DNA of 63,722 nucleotides, counting the filler. It is 6 parts of 6 records of this genome, joined end to end, with 100 filler letters (N's around TTAATTAATTAA, not from the genome) between each part and the next. Parts side by side here need not be neighbours in the genome. Positions count along the whole stretch, not along the records: positions 56,958 to 63,722 come from SRR31147125_13964; 5 more parts are not named here. The stretch is one strand, 5' to 3'. Shown in pieces: positions 60,493 through 63,722 of this stretch (positions within the stretch are counted from its first letter, which is position 1; every line of letters starts with the position of its first letter). The notes below the pieces were generated by a model. That model was not told the origin of the DNA. It ran no database searches and worked only from the letters and a program-made list of their open reading frames with translations. The position numbers and the translations under genes were made by a program.

Positions 60493-61344
60493 CTACCCGA
60501 TAATCAACATATCATCGATTCTTACGTATTTACCACCAAAGATTCTCTGAACATTTCCGTTGATTTCAAGCTTTTTATATATTGTAATTTCTCTTCTCTC
60601 TTCATTAATAATTTTTCCAAGTAATATAGTTACTTTTTCGTCATCAAATAAGTTCCCTTTTGTTTTGCTTATTACTTTACCAATTACTATTGAACCTGGT
60701 TTAGCTATTCCTTGAATCTCTTTTTCCAAATTAAATTCTAATATTTCTCCAACCTCAAGTGAACCATATTTTTTAATAGGTCTCATCTCAATTGTACTAA
60801 CTTCACGTTTTAAGAATTGACCTTTTTGAGCAAAATCTCTATCTGATATTAATAAATATTCATAAATATCATTAATTCTATCTATAATACTTACTTTATT
60901 TTTTCTATAACTAAATAGATACTCCTCTACTTTTTCTACCCTTGTTAACAAATCAAGCTCTCTATATCTTTCTTGGAACATATAGTCCTCTAAGTTATCA
61001 ACTTTCGTATTTAAACTATAGTAACTTCCATCAAGAAAGACTAAATCGTATAATTTTCTTTGTCTAATTAAAACATTATCACTACTTCTATTTCCAACTA
61101 TTTTATCCTCTAAAAAATCAACCCGCTGCTCGATACTTCTTCCACTACTTGCCATAGATAGCCCAACAACTCTATCTTCGATATATTCTATACCTTGAAA
61201 TTTATCATTAGTCAATTTTGTTGTAACTACAGTATCTCCTGCTGTTGTTCCACCTTGTTTTATACTTTCAGTAACTGGTGTTAAATTTTTACACGATACG
61301 CCTAACACAACGGCAGCAATAATTAAAACCATTTTCCTCATCAC
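60493..61344 (-). CDS. Hypothetical lipoprotein with internal helical repeats
   Basis: Lipobox GVSC; repeated RVDFLED/KVDNLED/RVEKVEE/RINDIYE. Confidence 0.75.
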   Translation of the reverse strand: MMRKMVLIIAAVVLGVSCKNLTPVTESIKQGGTTAGDTVVTTKLTNDKFQGIEYIEDRVVGLSMASSGRSIEQRVDFLEDKIVGNRSSDNVLIRQRKLYDLVFLDGSYYSLNTKVDNLEDYMFQERYRELDLLTRVEKVEEYLFSYRKNKVSIIDRINDIYEYLLISDRDFAQKGQFLKREVSTIEMRPIKKYGSLEVGEILEFNLEKEIQGIAKPGSIVIGKVISKTKGNLFDDEKVTILLGKIINEERREITIYKKLEINGNVQRIFGGKYVRIDDMLIIG

Positions 61345-61849
61345 TTTGCAGCCTCCTTCATTATTTGAAAATCAAAAACATGATTAATGTCAAAATCTTT
61401 GTTGTAAATTACAACATTGTAATATCCTGGTTCAACTTTTTTACCCTCTTGATCAAATAAATCCCAAGTGTACGAAAAAGTAAGTTTTGAACCCATTCCT
61501 AACCTAATTACTCGCTCCTCTTTGAGAACACTATCAGTTATATCTCTCTTATATATTATCTCGCCATTTTTCTCTATTATTATATTAAACGGAACTTTCC
61601 TAGTAAAAGTTAATTCTGTTTCTCTTTTTTTGTATTTTGTACTTTAAACACACAAACTAAAAATTCATTATACTGAACCTTCGGTCTATGTAATGTTGAA
61701 ATGAATTTTACTCCATTCCTTTTATCACTTTGAATAAAGTTAGTTGTTTCAAAGTACCCTCTAATAAAAACAAACATTAATGATATTACTACAATATCCA
61801 ATAAAGTTATTATACTTGATTTTCTCCTAAATTTAAAGAATTTCTTCAT
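61341..61849 (-). CDS. Membrane-anchored Ig-like (BsuPI-like) protein, frameshift at ~61625
   Basis: N-terminal TM (ORF 61610-61849) continues in another frame ...LTFSYTWDLFDQEGKKVEPGYYNV...EAAK* and overlaps the next start. Confidence 0.6.
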
Positions 61850-62977
61850 AAGTTTTCCTTTCTAGAAGGCTCTTTTTAACTATTTTTTTATTATTTTTGT
61901 AATAAATTCTTGTTACTCTTGGCATTATCGAAGTAAGTAATTCGTATGATATTGTACCTGCAATAGATGCAAGTTCATTTAAATTTTCACCATAAACAAC
62001 TACCTCGTCACCCGTTTTAGTTATCTTTTGAATCTCAATAGGTATTTTGACCATTATTTGATCCATGGTTACTCTACCTACAATATCACATCTTTTTCCG
62101 TGAATTGATACGTAACCTTTATTGGACAGGTTCCTACTTAAACCATCGGCATAACCAACTGGAATAGTTGCAATTACTTCATTTTTTTGGGCTTTATATG
62201 TCCGCATATAGGAAATAGAAGTTTCTTCTTCTATTTTTTTATTAAAACTATTTTTGATTTTAAAGTTAGTACTTGCTTTAGATCTGTCTTATACTCCATT
62301 GGGTTAATACCATACAGAGCTATCCCCGGACGTACTAAGTTTGTCTCTTCAATGCCTCCGCATGAAAGTATACCTGCACTATTAAGTAGATGTCTATACT
62401 TAACCGAATAATTATTAAACAGTTTAAATTTCTCTAATTGAGCTGCCGTATACTCTTTCTCCTCTTCACTATCTGCGCATGACAAGTGAGAATAAATCCC
62501 GACAATTTCAGCAATGTTCTTCTCCCTAATATAGTTAATTACTTTCACTGCATCGTCAGGTGTAAAACCTCTTCTTCCCATTCCTGTATCTATTGCTATT
62601 TGAATTTTAGGATAGATATTTTCTTTTTCTATGTATTTAATATTTTCAAAAGATGATAAAGTCAGCTGGACATCTAAATCACAAGCTCTTTTCCAATCTT
62701 CATCACTTATACAGCCTAAAATTGCTATTTCAGATTTAATGCCACTTCTTCTTAATTCTTCCGCCTCGTCTAGACATGCTACAGCAAAAATATTTATCCC
62801 GTTTTTAGATAAAAACTTCGCTATCTCTACTGCTCCATGTCCATATGCATTTGCTTTTAAAACACACATTATCTCTTTACCCTTAGCGGATTTTTTGATT
62901 GTTTCTAAATTATAAAGTAGATTGTCTAAATTTATTTCAGCCCAAGTTCTCATCTTTCCTCTTTCCAAACAGCTCAC
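61833..62977 (-). CDS. alr: Alanine racemase, frameshift in the A-run at ~62234-62240
   Basis: VLKANAYGHG, IDTGMGRRG, YSHLSCAD, VRPGIALYG; then PVGYADG, VGRVTMDQ, GTISYE. Confidence 0.93.
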
Positions 62978-63103
62978 TCATTCAATAATAGATATTTATC
63001 CATTAAAGTAGAATCTATTTTCCCATAATAATTATATAATATATAAATAAAATTAAAATCTCTTTAATTTCACTTATATATTATTAAACTTTAAAACAAA
63101 TAA

Positions 63104-63133
63104 TGGCAGACTAAAGTGTGTACTAGTCTGCCA
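63104..63133 (-). terminator. Intrinsic terminator
   Basis: TGGCAGACTA-N10-TAGTCTGCCA followed by a T-rich tract on the minus strand. Confidence 0.65.
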
Positions 63134-63159
63134 GCTCTTGTTTTTCAAGCAACTAAAAA

Positions 63160-63366
63160 TTATACTAGATAAAACTTCATTCCTCTTCCAACCTTTTCAC
63201 AAGAAAGTTTCCCCTCTTTAAAAAGCCACCCTATCGCAAGAAGAATATCTTCTTTTTTTAATTTTGTGCTTTTTTCTAACATTGATAAACTTTGTCCGGC
63301 ATTCTCTGATAGTGATTGCCAAATTACTCCCGCGTTTTTTCCAATAAGTTCGTATGAATATCTCAT
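63160..63366 (-). CDS. Winged-helix protein (DUF2582-like)
   Basis: IGKNAGVIWQSL...LAIGWLFKEGKL. Confidence 0.85.
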   Translation of the reverse strand: MRYSYELIGKNAGVIWQSLSENAGQSLSMLEKSTKLKKEDILLAIGWLFKEGKLSCEKVGRGMKFYLV

Positions 63367-63391
63367 TTTCCCCTCCTAGATTAACCTGAAA

Positions 63392-63721
63392 TTAAGCCTT
63401 AATACCTGATTTTTTCTCCAGAGCATAAACTACAGGACTCGCCACGAAAATAGATGAATATGTTCCAGATAAAACTCCAATTAATAATGTTGCCATAAAT
63501 GTTTTTAAACTTGCCCCACCAAATACTAGAATTGCAAATACAGCTAAAAAAGTTGTTAATGAGGTATTAATTGATCTAGTCATAACATCATTAATACTCG
63601 TATTAATGATCTCACCTAAATCTGCTTTTCTGTTTCTTCGGTAAACTTCTCTGATTCTATCAAATACAACAATAGTATCATTTATAGAATATCCTAAAAT
63701 TGTTAAAACTCCTGCAATAAA
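63392..63721 (-). CDS. secF: Protein translocase subunit SecF, C-terminal part
   Basis: ILGYSINDTIVVFDRIRE, TRSINTSLTT, GTYSSIFVASP. Confidence 0.92.
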   Translation of the reverse strand, partial: FIAGVLTILGYSINDTIVVFDRIREVYRRNRKADLGEIINTSINDVMTRSINTSLTTFLAVFAILVFGGASLKTFMATLLIGVLSGTYSSIFVASPVVYALEKKSGIKA

Positions 63722-63722
63722 A

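Noticed and set aside
62207-62240. Programmed frameshift or stop-codon reassignment in alr
   Set aside because: Adding one A to the run restores KKIEEETSISYMRTY; same error pattern as in other contigs, and neighbouring genes use the standard code

Overview
This window is not one locus. It is six unrelated bacterial contigs joined by five artificial 100-nt linkers (N44-TTAATTAATTAA-N44), so synteny only has meaning within a contig. Host assignments are impressions from gene content and composition. (1) 1-7561, AT-rich and Bacteroidota-like: GH130 glycosidase, hflKC, a lipoprotein, an lmo0937-type small membrane protein, a cold-shock gene, transaldolase and a partial mgsA. It also has a promoter module present three times, a ~160-nt highly base-paired intergenic element and a decayed P-type H+-ATPase relic. 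(2) 7662-33386, a polysaccharide degrader (KSB1/Calditrichota-like): a CBM9/DUF5916 protein, an FGE-domain/PL11-like lyase fusion, a six-cysteine O2-tolerant-type [NiFe]-hydrogenase, a PL22/DUF1961 fusion, a Ser/Thr kinase-TPR protein, vapBC, and a LacI-controlled module of an Nramp-like transporter plus two DegT-family aminotransferases (one with a Tat signal), with shared operators readable in the sequence. (3) 33487-41110, Desulfobacterota-like: cobalamin riboswitch, ABC importer, cbiL, Gate protein, pncB, aroK. (4) 41211-47750, Bacteroidota-like: a TetR-glycosyltransferase-RND efflux unit with four 23-bp operators, and pyk. (5) 47851-56857, high GC: a selenium-dependent xanthine dehydrogenase and anaerobic purine degradation cluster (xdhABC, yqeB, yqeC, xdhC chaperone, mocA, ygeY, arcC, ygeW). 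(6) 56958-63722, Fusobacteriota-like housekeeping genes (lptFG, cvpA, rlmI-like, alr, secF). Several genes are split by single-base indels, mostly in homopolymers, which look like sequencing errors. The best novelty candidates are the LacI/Nramp-like/dual-DegT regulon, the structured element after the cold-shock gene, the triplicated promoter module and the TetR-GT-RND unit.
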